64,000 nucleotides of DNA, taken from assembly GCA_016748015.1 (NCBI GenBank), contig JAAOMT010000671.1, positions 125,665 through 189,664 of the forward strand, given 5' to 3'. Below, piece by piece: positions 38,001 to 52,400 of the stretch. Numbering within the stretch: the first letter of the stretch is position 1; each line of letters opens with the position of its first letter. Position numbers and translations under genes: made by a program. The stretch is from Geosiphon pyriformis uo1 (taxonomy: Eukaryota; Fungi; Glomeromycota). Under the pieces are notes generated by a model. That model was not told where the DNA came from. It saw nothing but the letters and a program-made list of their open reading frames with translations, and ran no database searches.

Positions 38001-41000
38001 TCATTGTTCCATTTTTCAACTTGTTTTGGTCTTCCAAACCATTCAATGATATATGGGCAGCAGTAGAATTTGGTTGTCAAAGTGTACTCCTTATCATTGC
38101 CACAATAAGCACCCATTGATGACAATTTTTTGCTGCAATCAATGCATACCAGTTTTGGGCAGTGATAAGTAGATCATTGGGGTGTAGTGTAGAAATTATA
38201 AGTGGTATTGCTGTTGGGTGTTGGTTCTTCTTCCTTCCCTTTTTCTTTCCCCTTTTTATTTTCTTTTCACTCCCAATTTATTAGTTCTTCTTGGTCGTTG
38301 TCAGTTTCTTAGGCTTGGTCGAAATTCCAGATAAGTTCTTTTTTTTGCTTTCCTTTGTTGTTGTCATCCCATGAGAGTACCAGTAGTAACACATTGTGGT
38401 TTTTGTTGGTCCAGAACACTTAATAGGCTTCTCAGATAGGTTTTTTCTCTTCTTCTTCAAATTTAATAAGAGATGCTAGCATGTTGGTGGTTTTGAAATG
38501 ACCACATGTGGCTAGTACCCGTGTGTGTCAATCATTCTGGCTGAGTTGAAGCTCTTGTGTGTTCCAATCAAGTGTCACGTTGGTTTTAAACAGCCAGTCA
38601 TTGCCAATAAGTGCTTAATATTAAGTGGCTTCTATGACTAATACTTTGATTGGCATGATAATGCCATTGATTTCTATAAAAAAGTTATCAATCTTGTCAA
38701 TCAGAGTTTTGGTCATTCCATCAGCTGTGATAATTTATGCACTGGCAGTTCGATCAACTCGGTGGCTTAATTGGTCTATAAGTTGTCTTGTGATGATACT
38801 GCTGGTTAATCTACTGTTTAAGATTAGTTTGATTAAGTGGCCATCAACTTTGGCATTAGTGTACATGGTGGTGATAGATTTTTCTTCAAGAGTGGCTTCA
38901 TTAAATAACAGTATGGCCAACAGTTCCTTGAGTTTAAATGGAAAAATGGCATCTAGTAATTTGTTTTCAGTGATGGTAGTTGGTGGAATGTTGCTAGTAA
39001 GTGTTGGTTGTTGGTTGATTTTCAGATTATTGGATTGGACATCTTCTGAGGTAACCAAGAGACTTAAATAGTGTTGGGAATTCGGGTTTTGGGTGTACTC
39101 AGTGCCCAAATTCTATTGTTAAGATATTAATGGCTGGTTTGAGGAACTGGAGATCAGTTAATGGACTACTATTGACAATCTCCAGCTGAGGCCATGGCTG
39201 ATAAATGGGTTGGAACTGCATTTAATAAATTGATGCTGGAGACTAATAGACTGAAGGTGAGTATAATTGCTGTGTCATTGGGGTTTGATACATTGGCCGC
39301 ATCATAAGTAGGTAATTTGGTTAATATAGAGCTGAATTTGATTGATAATTTGGAATTTGAATCTGGTGATTGGGATTTTGATATTGATTTTCCGATCATT
39401 GGTTATTTAAATGTTGGCAGCAATTGATTTGCAAGTGGCCTTGTTTACCACAATAGTGGCAAGTGTGTGTTTTTTGCTGCCACTATTGATTAGTCACAAA
39501 AAGTGCTGGACATGACTGATTTTGGAAGTAATTTCCGTTTTCCTGATTGTTATATAATTGGGGAAATTGATAAAGGACTTGATTGTTGTTAGCTAAGTAC
39601 CCTTCTAATTTCTGATTGAGTGAGTCACTTAATTGCTTCAATTTGGAATCCAAGTCAGATAATCTATTCATCACTAGGATTATGGCTTGGGCATGGTTGG
39701 TTTTGAGTTCAGCTGCTTCAAAATCTCTGGCATTTGTAACTGTGGCTTAAAGGTCTGCTGGATGCATTGGACATACACGTTGAAGAATGTTACTGCACAG
39801 ACCTCTAATAAATTGGTTCAGGATTTGTGGTGCTATAAAATAATCAGTCTGGATTGCTTGAATTTGGTACAGATTCCTATGGAAGTGTCCTAGGTAAGTA
39901 GTAACTGCTTCATTTTCTCCTTGCTTGATAGTGGTGAAAGTGTTTGCCAATTGGTTAATGCTATTATTATTATTGAAGTATCCCAAGAATACAATTTTGA
40001 ATTCCTAGAATGTTTGGGGTTTGATGACTAAACTTTGATACCACGAGTTAGTAGTATTCTGTAAGAAATAAGGAATGGCTTGGAATGCTCTTTGGTCATT
40101 TCATCTATTAGCCACGATAGCTTTTTCAATGTCATTAAGCCATATTTGGGTGTCATCTTTTTTGCTGGTGAATTTCTCAAGTTTTGCTATTGGAGCATAG
40201 GCCATTGGATCTAAGTTTGGTTGTTGAAGTTGTTGTTGCAGCTGTTGAAGTGGCTGTTGTGGTTGCTGTAGTGGTATTTGTTACAGTTGGATTAGTTTAA
40301 CTGGTGGCTGATTAATGATGATTACTGGAGGTAAGTTTTGCTAATTAATTAACTTGGGATTTGGATTGTCTTGATTTGGCAGTATTTGAAAATTCAAAGT
40401 TTCAATTTCTGGGTTTTCAGTGATCGGGTTCTGGTAAGTAAATTCTTGATCTTCAAATTTTTCTTCTTTCTTTTCTGATTTCATTATCTTCCAAGGACTT
40501 GCATTTTCAAAATCTGGTTGAAGTGGCAGTAATTGAAATCCTGATGGAGTTGGCAATTGTGATTTAAATTCTTCAAAATAATTACCATAGGTTTCTAGTA
40601 ATTCTGCTTTCTTTTGTTTACTTTGAAATAGTAGTCATCTAAATGTTGATGTTGTATGTGATGTGGATGCGCTTGCTGATGAAATGTTAATGGTGCTTCT
40701 GAGTGTATAGTAGTATGATAGATTTGTTAGTAATTCAACTCTGGTTTTCTTCCAAGTAGGTGGTTGTATTTGTTTTGATATCACTGCTGGTGTTTGTAGT
40801 CTTCTCTTTCCTTTGTCTGCATAGGTAATTGGGAATTGTTGTTGTGTGTATCTTTTAATAGTTTGATTGATTTCCTTGATGATTGGTGTAAAACTGTAAT
40901 TTCTTAGTAAACTGGTATGTTGAAATAATTTTGTATAGAAATTTTCTCTTGTGGATTCAATGTTAACTGTTTTTCCTAAGCAGTCTGTGATTTTATCATT

Positions 41001-41129
41001 GACATAAAAGTTAAAGGCTGATTCTGCTAGAAAATGGTTATTGTTTAATCCTAAATGTTGGCTGTACTGTTGAAACAAAAATTTGGTGAATCCTAAGTGG
41101 TTTGCTCCTATGATCTCTGATTCTGCCAC
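35044..41129 (-). pseudogene. gag-PR-Cys-rich-dUTPase-RT-RNase H polyprotein of G
   Basis: ORF fragments 40635-41129, 39747-39986, 38735-39109, 37283-37834, 36884-37258 (dUTPase), 36013-36234, 35503-35844, 35254-35442. Confidence 0.9.
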
Positions 41130-44100
41130 TTTTGAATAATTGTTGTTGGTACTGGTTCTTTGTAGGATTATACCTTACAGGGAGCACCAAATATTACAGA
41201 TAATTATTTGAAGTCTCAAATCAAATAACAAATCTGTAACTTGGTGCTCAGTATGTTAATAATGCTGGTAATACTGGTATGTTGGTTGTATCTGAAGGTT
41301 TTAGGGTGGAGTTTTTTGTATAATGGACAGAGATTTAATTAATGGTTTTATTTATAGCTTCCCAAAACCACAGTTTTGTCAAATTTTTTTCTCAGCATAG
41401 TGGCTGGTAATCTTCTTGATAAGCTATCCTCAAATTTATAAGTGTTTTACTCTTGTTTCACAGGTTTTTTACCAGTCCCTATGATGTCTGTATTTCAGCA
41501 CTTAATCCTTAATCAATTTAGCAAAACCCAAAGAAATAACAAAAAAATAAAAGAAATAGCCGTGATTAAGAGCTATTGTTCTAGTGTGATTAAGTATCAA
41601 TTACTATCAACATGAAGTGTTAATAGTGGAGAGTGGATTAAGATAATAAATAATTATTTATTGATATTTGTGAATTGGAAAAGTTGCTTTGATGAAATCT
41701 AAACTGGGAGGTCTGTCTTTTCTACTTTTAATGCTACCACTATATATACATAATTTGGGTTCTATGAGATTGCTCACATTCTCGAGCAATGTGCTATAAT
41801 TTCTCAAGCAATACTCACATTGCTGAGCAATGTGCCATATTTTCTTGATATTGCTTTATATTGCTGAGCAATGTACCATGATTTTTGACATTGTTTTACA
41901 TTGCTGAACAATGTGTCATGATTTCTGACATTGCTCCACATTGCTAAACAATGTGTTCACGTGCTAACTACTACTCTCTTATTGGTCTTCTATTTTTTCT
42001 ATATCCATTTTTTTTTATAAGTAACAGTGGCTGCTTTTGGTTGGTTTTTTGGTTATGGAGTAAGGTATTTTCTGGAGTGACTAAGAGACTTAAGTAGTGT
42101 TGAGAATTTAAATTTTGAGTGTATCTGGTTCCTAAACTCTACTAGCATGATTCTAATGGTTGGTTTGATAAGCTAAAAATTGGTTGGTGGACAACTATTG
42201 CCAATCTCCAGTTTTGAGTAACCCTTAATCTGGAATTTCTTGATATTATCTGAACTAAGTTTGGTGATGGTGTTGAAATTTGTTGGAATTAATATATTAT
42301 TTGTGGCTGTGGTTGATAAATAACTGGTGCTAAAGTCTGATAAATAGGTGGTTGATAAATTGGCAGCTGTATTATTGGTAGGTAATTTGGTTAATATAGT
42401 TCTGGATTAGGTTGATATCTTAGAGTTTAAAACTGGCAATTGGGATTTTGATATTGATTTCCTAATTATTAGTTATCTATTCTTAATTTGCAGTCAATTC
42501 TCAAATGTTCTTGTTTATTATAATAGTAGCAAACACATATCTTCTGCTGTCACTGCTAATTGGTTGATGATGCTGAATATGACTGATTTTGGAAACAATT
42601 CACATTTTTTTGATTATTGTATTGCTATGGAGATTAATAAATTGCTTGATTGTTAGCTAAGTATCCTTCTAATTTTTAATTAATGGAATTACTGAATTGC
42701 TTCAACTTAAAATCCAATTCAGATGACCCGTTCATCATTAGATTAATGGCTTGGGCATAGTTGGCTTCAAGTTTGGCTGATTCAAAGTATCTGGTGTAGG
42801 TGACAGTAGCTTAAAAGTCAGCTGGATTTAATGGATATATGCATTGGAGGATGCTACTGTGTAGTCCACAGATAAACTGATTCAGGATCTAAGCTATTGT
42901 AAAATAGTTCATGTCAATGGCTTGAATTTGGTGCAAATTTCTGTAGAAGCATCCTAGGTATGTAGTAACTGTTTTACTTTCTTCTTACTTGATAGTGGTA
43001 AAAGTATTTGCCAAATGATTAATGCTATTATTGTTACTGAAATATCTTACGAATTTCAGTTTGAATTCTTGAAAAGTTTGTGGTTTGGCAGCTAAACTCT
43101 GATACCATGAATTGATGATATCTTGGAGAAAATAGGGAATCACTTGAAGGGCTTTGTCATCATTCCATTCATTGATTGTGATGGTTTTTTCCATATCATT
43201 AAACCATACTTGGGTGTTATTTTTCTCACCAATAAATTTCTCAATTTTAGTGATGGGTGCATATGCCATTGGTGCTAATGATAATTGTTGTTGTGGTTGA
43301 GATTGAGATTGAAGTTGCTGTTACAGTTGCTGCTAAGATGATGGTTGTGACTGTTGCTATTGCTGTTTGGCAATTGGTGGGATTGGTAATAGATCAATTA
43401 TGATTACTGAAGGTAAGTTTTGGACAACAATAAGGGCAGTATATGGATTGTTCTGATTTTTCTGAGTTGGAATGATTGGGGTTTCAATTTCTGGATTTTC
43501 TAAAATCAGGTTTTGGTAATGAAATTCCTGATTGTTGTTTTTTTCTTCTTCTGATTTTGTTATCTCTTAGGGACTCACAGACCCAAGATCTGGTTGAAGT
43601 GGCAGTAATCAAAATCCTGATAGTATTAGTAATTGTGATTTAAATCTTTCAAAATAATTACCATATGTTCTTAATAATTCTGCTTTCTTTTGTTTACTTT
43701 AAAATAGAAGTTGTCTAAATGTTAATATTATGTTTGATGTGAATGCATCTACTAATGCAATATTGATGGTACTTCTGGATGTATAATGATATGATAAATA
43801 TAGTGGAGATTCAATTTTTTGTTTTTTCCACATTGGTAATTGTATTCCTTTTGGAGTTGCTGTTGGTGTTTGTAACTTTCCTTTACTTTTATTTGCATAA
43901 GTAATGGGAAATTGTTGTTGAGTATATCTTTCAATTTCTTGATTAATTTCTCTGATGATTGGTGCAAAACTGTGATTTTATGATAAACTGGTGTGTTGAA
44001 TTAATTCTGTATAGAAATTTTTCCTTGCCAATTCAATGTTAACTGGTCTTTCTAGAAAATTTGTGATTCTTTCATTGATGTAAAAGTTGAAGGCTAATTT

Positions 44101-44267
44101 TACTAAATAATGGTTGTTGGTTAAATCTAATTGTTAGGTATATTGTTGAAATAAAGATTTGGTGAATCCCAAATGTTTTGTTCCTATTATTTCTGATTCT
44201 GCTACTTTTGAATGACTGCTGTTGGTGCTGGTTCTTTATAGGATTAGACTTTACAGAGAGCACTAAA

Positions 44268-45109
44268 TGTTACAAGTAATTATTTGGGGTCTTAAGTCAA
44301 ATAACAAACCCATAACTTGGTGCTAATTCATTTGATAACATTAATAATATCTGTAAGTTGTTTGTATCTAAAGATTTTGGTTAAGTCTTTTGTATAATAG
44401 ACAGAGATTCAATTGTGATTTTAGTAGCCTCCTGAAATCACAATTCTATCAAATTTTTTTCTCAGTATGGTGACCAGTAATCTTTCTGGTAAGTTATCTT
44501 CAAATCTATGAGTTCTCTACCCTTGGTTTATGGATCTTTTACCAGTCTTTATAACATTTATAACTTAACACTTTTAATTTTTAATCAATTAGTACCAACA
44601 AGAAATAACAAAAAGAAGAAGAAAAATAAAATAAAAAAAATAAAAAAATAAGCCAAGACAATAAATGTTAGTATCTTGTCAATAGCCATAATTAAAAGCT
44701 ATTGTTCTAGTATGATTAAGTATCAGTTACTATCAACATAAAGTGTTGATAGTGGAGAATGGATTGAGATAGTGAATAATTATTTATTAATATTTGTAAA
44801 TAGAAAGGTTGCTTAAATCAAATCTAAACTGAGAGGTTTGTCTTTTCTATTTCTAATGCTATTGTTATATATACATAATCAAGATTTTTCAATTTCTTAA
44901 TTTTTCACACCAGGAATCCTGGAATTCCTGGAATCTTGCAATTTCTTTGAGAGGAATTCTGGAATTCTGGAATTCTTTATATAAGAATTCTAAAATTTTT
45001 GGAATCCTGCAATTCTTCTGAGAGGAATCTTAAAATTTTACATTTACTATGGCTACTTTTGATTAGTTAATTTATATATTAATATACTTCTTATATTCTA
45101 AGAATAACA
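44268..45109 (-). repeat. 5' LTR of F
   Basis: Reverse-complement homolog of the B/E LTRs, including the GGAATTCC array and hairpins; flanked by ATGG. Confidence 0.9.
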
Positions 45110-45113
45110 ATGG

Positions 45114-46570
45114 AAAGCACAAAGAATTTGATATCTTGCAAAGTATTGGTTGCTTAATGATAAGTTTCCAATATCAAAACATAAAAAACACCAAAAAATG
45201 ATTAGAATAATTAATAATGAAAACATTATAGAAAGATGTCATATTTGGATTAGAAACCAAAACTTCAATACTACTTTAGTCACATTTAAAAAATTCATCA
45301 AGCATGAATTGTTTCTTAATATTGGAATAATAATAAAAAAAACTATTAGTCTTATAACTGCAGTAAGATAGCTCAAAATTCTTGGTTATTTATTTCAACA
45401 ATATTATCAAGGCTTATATTATGATAAACATGAAAGAAATAATGTCTTGTAATCTCAAAAAAAATTTTTAAAAAAAATATATGAGCATGAAAAATATATG
45501 TCAAAGTATAAAAGTGAATTTATGGATCAAATACATCCTAATTTACTTAATAAAAAGAAAAAAAAATTCTTGTAGTCTATGATAAATGCATTTTTTATTC
45601 AAATAATAACAAGTGTAACATATGGACTAAGCATGAAAATTTGCCACTAAGAAAAAAAGGAAATAAAAAATCAATTATAGTTAGTAAATTTTTAACTAAA
45701 ATTGATAAATATTTACATTTACAACAAAATAATATAAAAAACTATTTTAATATATCAGAAAAAACATGATGTTATTTGCAACCTAGTATAAATCAAGATG
45801 GTTATTAGACAGCAGATCATCTTTTTAAACAAATTAAATGTAAAGCAATTTCAGTTTTTAAGAAATTATATCCAGATTGTACAGTTGTATTTGTTTTTGA
45901 TAATAGCTCTAATCATGCAGCATTTAATAAAGATGCTTTAATTGTAAGCAGGATAAATTTAAGTCCAAGTGGAAAGCAATCATTAATGTAAAATACTTCT
46001 TTTAGATTAGATAATCAATTACAATTAATAATCTTCTTAGAAACATATTCAGATGAAAAACTTTAAGAATTGCCTAAAGGAATTAAATAAGTATTAATAG
46101 AACAAAAAAAATGGCCATCAAAAGAATTAGTATTAGAATGCAAAAAATGCAAAAAAAAATCAAAGATTCTTTAAGAGTTTCTTGTTGTGTATGTCAAGTA
46201 ATATCTTTGGAATCTAATTTTTTTGCTTAAAAAAATACAATTAAAGAATTAATCGAAAATATAAGACATAAGTGCATTTTTTTTCCAAAATTTTATTGCA
46301 AATTAAATTTTATTAAAAGATATTGAGGAGCTGCTAAAAGATATGCACATAACAAATACAATTATTCATGAAAAAAATTACAAAGAACAGTGCTTAAAAG
46401 TCTTGAATCAGTATTTTTAATAACTATTAGATGATTTTCAAAAAAATATTGGTGTTATATGAATTTTTATAGAAAAAATTTTAGTAGAAAATTAGTAAAA
46501 TATGCTATAAAAAAATATAAATTTTATAGAAAAATCCCAGATAATATTCTTAAAGAATTAGACAAATTAA
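45114..46570 (+). mobile_element. Decayed IS630/Tc1-like DDE transposase remnant (host of F)
   Basis: Degenerate motifs VYDKCIFYSN (~45575), VFVFDNSSNHAA (~45890) and FPKFYCKLNFIKRY*GAAKRYA (~46280), typical of fungal DDE_3-type transposases. Confidence 0.75.
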
Positions 46571-46764
46571 AATAATATTCAAATTTTGTAATACTGTATT
46601 GGTTTTATATTATATAAAATTTAATAAAATTTTATTTTTTATTATAAATAATATATTAAAAACACATATATATTAACCAATAAAATTTAATTATATAAAT
46701 AAAAATATGTAAAAATCATCATTTAAAATTTTGGATTAATATATATTTTTGGCGATTATAAATA

Positions 46765-49700
46765 GTTTACATCATATTATCGACAAAAGCACTAACAGCC
46801 AGAAATAAAGACAACTCACTCTGATTTTCTATTCTGCCAGTTTTGACAACAAATTTAGTATTAATATGATAATCACATAAACTTTTATGTCTTTTGACTT
46901 TGCATAGAAGAGAATTATAAAAATTTTTTTAAAGCAAAGGAGAGAAAACTTTGTCTTAGTTCAAACTGTCATGTACACAGTACTCATTAGTCAAATTATA
47001 ATTAGTTATAACCCAATTAATTCTATTATTGTGAATATTTCCAAAGAATTTGATGAATTTTTCATACATCTTAATCCAAACTAAACTATTCTTTAAATAA
47101 TACCAACTTACAAAGTTATAAATCTTTTGCATATTTTACAAAACCAGCCAAAGTTTGTGACCTTTTTTCAAAGCATTCTTAACTATAGAACCAATTGCAA
47201 AAATAGAAGACTGGGTAGTAGTTCTCTTTAATACTAAAAAATTATCACCACAAAAAACATTAAATCTATTACAAGCCAAGGAAATTCTATCAGAAAACAA
47301 CTTGAAAAAATTTTTTTAGGCAGTTTTAATCAACATAATTAGCCTAGTATTAGTCAGAACATCTTTTCACTTATAAGATTTAAAAATCATTGACACTTAA
47401 GCCTTTTTTTAAGATTAAAAAACAGACTTATATACTAAATAAAAGTTCAAAAAATCTGAAAACATAATAAAAACAAAACTGTTACAATGTTTCCAAAGCT
47501 TATTCATAATATTAAACAAATTAGCAGTCTTCTCATTAAACAGATCTTTAACTACATACATTATATTCTTATAATTAATAACATTTATAATATTAGAAAA
47601 AGCACTATTATTAATATAAACCAGTAGCAAATATTGTTAATACTACAAACCAAGAACACTATCTAATACTTTTTTCTTTTTTGTTCAGCTTTTCATAATC
47701 ACATTAATTTTGAACTTAATCTCAACAAAATTCAGAACCAACTTATCATTAACAACCAAATAATCTAGCATAATTCTTTGAAAAAAACATTTTAAAACAC
47801 TCCTAATTGTATGACTTTTATTGACAGCAAAGCTCTCTATTTATTTATCAATAGCAGACCTAATATAAGATTCCTTAGTTTTCAGAGATTTAGCAAGCTT
47901 GAAAACACAATATGATTTTTTTACAGCAAAAAAAGCAAATCTTACATTATTAAAATTGGCACCAGAATCCAACAAAATTTGAATCTTCAAAGCATTGTCA
48001 TTGTCCAATGATAATTAGTAGTTTACCAAAAAAAAAAGCTCATTACTAAATTTATCTCATAAAAATTTGGCTATTTTTAATACTAAAAACTCCAATTTAT
48101 GAAATCTGAAAGATTCTTTGGTAAAAATATCATCAAACTCTTTGAATCATTTCTTCTTGAATACTTTATTAACTAATAGACTCACTATTTTATGAACAAT
48201 ATTCCACATAGTATTCAGATCTAAGAAATTCCTAAATATAGTAAACTCATCAGAAAACAGAACTGTATTAACCAGTATAGTATTTTTAAACTCATTTTAT
48301 TTAGTATTATTAGCATTCTTAAAATCAAATTTCCAGCAGTCTCTATTTGTCTGCTTATGAAAAGAGTACAACTATACATTAAGCAAACCACCCAGTTCTA
48401 AAAAAATGGACACAGCATAATAATTAGTATCAAAGTGCTCTCTAATATCTAAAACATCACAATCCACAACCATGTTAACACAGTTTAAAAAAATAAAAAT
48501 AAAATCAATTGTTTTTTTAACATCTTTAGAATTGAACTATGTTAAAGTTTTTGCAACTGAACTTTTTACCAAAGAATTAATCAGTCTTAATTCAAGGCAC
48601 TTTTTGAAACTAGTGTATTTACAAGAACCATCTTTATTAAAATCACCACCTAAAATTGCAAATAAGGATTTATTTACAGTCTTAGCAATTAATGAATTGA
48701 TTTTTTTAGCTTAAAATAAGCATGTTACTAGAATGGTACCAGCATATAAATCCAAAATTAACACAGAAAGTTTATTCTTAAAAAGCAACTTAATAGACAA
48801 TAGTCTACCAGCAATTTCTGAAATCTTGTATATGTGTTTTGTTAAACTGATATTCATAATAACTGCAATACCAGAATCTAAGTAACCAGACTTTAAACCA
48901 GAAGTGAAAATCTAAACATTATCAAATTTATTTATAATCTATAGATAAATCTTTTCTCTTAATTTTGTTTCAGTAATAATAGTAACTAAATTGTTCATAT
49001 CTTTATGCCAATAAATAATATTCTCTTACTTTACAGAATTGTTCATATCTTTAATATTACACATGACAATTTTCCAGATTAAATCAGTTATTGTTAGAAA
49101 AAATTGTTTAAAACCAAATTCCTATTATCCATTTTTGCCAATATATTTATAATTATATCTGACAAATTGTCTATTTTAATTTCAAATTTCTTGATAGTTG
49201 ATAGTTTTAAAAAACTCTATTTTTGTTATAGTCTCATTATTAGTAACAGCACTTAAACTTTTATTTATTACTGTGTCTGTTCCTTAATTCTGTGATAAAA
49301 AGATTACCAACAGCTAACATTCAGGACTAAACTAGAAAACTATTGGCTTAAGTGCTTTTAATCTCTTAGCCAGCTTATTTATTTTTTCTGCAAGATTGAT
49401 AAAACTGTACTCAAGAATAGCAAACTTATTATTTACATCTAAAGAAACCAACAAAAGAAGTTTTACATTTAATAACAAACCAACATTAAAAAAAACTAAA
49501 AAAACTATATGAAAAGTAGAATCACTAGCAATCTGGATCCAAGTTTTACCACCAAAAAAAACTGAATAAGCAATTAACACCTGCTTTTTTATATATATAT
49601 TGGCTAAACAAGCCTAATTTTGAGAAATTACCACACATTTATTATGACCACCAGAATACTTACTTATTGAATACATATTAGAGACATAATTAAACTGTTT

Positions 49701-51000
49701 ATATTGAGCACAACAGGCCAAAAAAAACCAGTTCAGTATAAATTTACATTCTTAAAAACTTGTATAGAATTAATAGCAGTCAATTTAGATGTTTTGTCAG
49801 CAAAACAAATTACAACACATTTATTACATACATATGAACTTAGATTACAGCCAATAAAACATGTTTTTCTCTTATATAATTCCAACAAACCAAATAAATT
49901 ATAAGCAATAATACTAATTGGCAAAGTATATAACAAAGCTTGATAAAGATTCTTGAAAACTCATGATTATTTATTATTAATTGCCAATGCTATATGCACA
50001 GAATTTTTTTTTAAAAAAATTAACCATTTAAAAACAACTAAACTGGCAACATTTAATGACTCAAATTCCACCAAAATCTTTTGTTAAAGACCAATTAATT
50101 GTATTTTAATTGAAATAATTTTACCAAATTTGGAGAATATTAATTCTATGACTAATTTGAGAAAATTTATTAAAATTTTCTTGACAACTACTTCTTAATT
50201 TAAATGGTTATTTGGTTTTTTAACATCAATATTAACCAAGATTTTTGTATTAATAGTCAATTCTCTAGCCTTTAGTAAACTTAACTCTGAAGTAAAAAAA
50301 AACTTGATCAATTCTAAGAATTTTGAGAGAGTAGATGCTCTTCCAAAACCATCTACACAATAAAAAATCTTTTTCAATACCATCAATTTATTACCAAAAA
50401 ATTTGCCAGACACAGCCAATAAGTTAATATCCAATGTGAATAATTTATTAGGTCCAAAATTTCTAATATTTTTACTTTGTAACTTGGCCAATAGCAACTT
50501 TTTGGAATTAGCAAATATAGGTGCTAGAAGCACCAATTCAGTTTTATTATTACTTAAATTATCAAATAATAATACTTTAGGTGGTTATTGTAAAACATAT
50601 ATTCTCATTAGTGTCTTTCTTAGAATTGTGTTACTTATTATATTATTAATATTAGAAGTGTTGAAGTCCACGTAACTCATTTCTTTAGTAATTGTGTTTT
50701 TTATGTTCTTAATATTAGACATCTTACTAATATTAGCTTTTTTATTGTCTACTTTACTATTTTAAGACTTTTTGTATTCTTTAATACTAGTTTGTAAAAC
50801 ATCAACAAATATAAAACTAGTTGACAAATCTATTACACTATTAATAACTTTAGATTTTTTTGGTTTTTTGTATAAGAGACTATAAGAGTAGATACTTTTA
50901 ATATACACTTTCTTCTTATTGCTAGATCAGATCTCAACTTAGCTGAAATAAAACTAGAATTACCAATAAAAGAGCTTATTAGATCTATAATAACAAATAA
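46765..51000 (-). mobile_element. Decayed LINE (ORF1, APE endonuclease, N-terminal RT), broken at the AFVD(D) motif
   Basis: WKIVMCNIKDMNN...IITETKL (~48960-49080), VHDSLN*DKVFSPLL (~46930-46980), SAFVDN (~46775-46795), ORF1 fragments 49332-50536. Confidence 0.75.
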
Positions 51001-51049
51001 GAGTACATTAAAAGAAATAATAACAAAAACAAAAAGGTAAAGAAATAAA

Positions 51050-52200
51050 AAATGTATTTTTTTAAAGATTCTATGTTTTTACTGTAACCAGAAGATCAAT
51101 GAAAAAAAAAGTATTAATTAAAGTTAAACATTAAAAAATATTATTTTGAAAAAAAATAACCTTTTTTAAATATATTATTAGTAAAAATAAAATTAATAAT
51201 AATAATATATTATATACTATTTTATACAAAAATTTTATCTTTAAAAAATGGTATTTAAAAACTTTGTTTGTTTTTAGTAATGTTAAAATTTTTGTTAATA
51301 AGATTATAAACTTGGTATATAATATAAAAATAGATTATTATAATAAAGTATAATTAATTTAACTTAAATTTAAGATAGTTTTAAAAAAAATAATTTAATA
51401 TCTTATAATAATTTGGTATTTTTTATTGTTTATGGTCTATTATTATAGCTTTTTAATAATCTTGTAAAATTATTTAATATTATTAAAATATTTAATATTT
51501 ATTTTAGTTTATATAAGTTGTATATATTTTTTTAATATTAATTATAATGTTTTTGTTAAAATAAATTTGTGATATTGTCTTAATTAACTTAAATAGCTAA
51601 TTATATATAAAAAGTACATAATTTATATTTAATTTAGATTACTTAGTTAATATATTATGCTAAGTAATATTTAGATTTTATTTATTAAAATAAAAAAAGT
51701 AATAATAAATTTTTAAATATTTTAAATATTATTTTTAATTTAATGAATTTAATATTATAACAAATAATATTAAACTTAAATAATTACACAAAACATTAAA
51801 ATTTAATACTAAATAATTTTGTTAAATAAAATTTTTATTTAATTATAAATATATTATTTATTACAAACCAAAAAAACTATTTAAAATAAAATAAGATTAA
51901 ATACTAAATTTAACTTTTATACCAACAAACTTTTAGTAAACAATAAATTCAAAAAACTACAACAACATTAAAAATTATTTGGAAATATTTACATATTAAT
52001 AACATAGTTTTTAAGTAAAAAACATTTTTTATAATATTAAACAAAACAATATTTCTTACAAAACAACATTATTTACCACCAAAATTTTAAAAACCCAAAT
52101 AACCTACTTTGATTAATTCAAGAACATAAAAAAACAAATATATACAAATTTTTTATTAGCATATTTTAAAAAAACAATATAATTTAAAGCTCATGTTGAA
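51050..52200. other. Extremely AT-rich relic DNA upstream of FOX2
   Basis: Very few G/C; no ORFs; probably the end state of TE decay. Confidence 0.55.
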
Positions 52201-52272
52201 TCCCAAATCTATAAATAAAATTTTTATAAAATGTGATCCTCTGAACAATGGGAGCTTGGTTCTCCTTTTTTG

Positions 52273-52278
52273 TATAAA
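52273..52278 (+). promoter_or_regulatory. Candidate TATA box of FOX2
   Basis: TATAAA 128 bp upstream of the ATG, inside the GC-normal island. Confidence 0.4.
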
Positions 52279-52400
52279 GGGCTGTAAATATCACATGCAA
52301 TGACAATTTTTAACTAACGCCTTGAGCTATTAAATTCTAACATAAACACTTTGAACGCTTAATTTGACTGTTTTCCCAACTGAAAACTTCAAAAGAAATA

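Larger units (their letters stand above)
32080..42026 (-). mobile_element. Full-length dUTPase-type Gypsy element G nested in F
   Basis: LTRs 41192-42026 (5') and 32080-32927 (3'), perfect GTGG TSD, PBS 41173-41189, PPT 32928-32942. Confidence 0.95.
10462..45109 (-). mobile_element. Gypsy element F, split into 10462-11422, 31340-32079 and 42031-45109 by insertions of E and G
   Basis: 5' LTR 44268-45109, PBS ~44249-44265, gag MAYAPITK (43269), protease (31600-31960), Cys-rich domain continuous across the E insertion, dUTPase start at 10462-10530. Confidence 0.88.

Noticed and set aside
36819-39071. Antisense or shadow ORFs over TE coding regions and FOX2 (e.g. 36819-37169, 38625-39071, 53575-53847, 62665-63129)
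   Set aside because: They are reverse-frame by-products of coding sequence, with no motifs and no conservation as open frames among copies.
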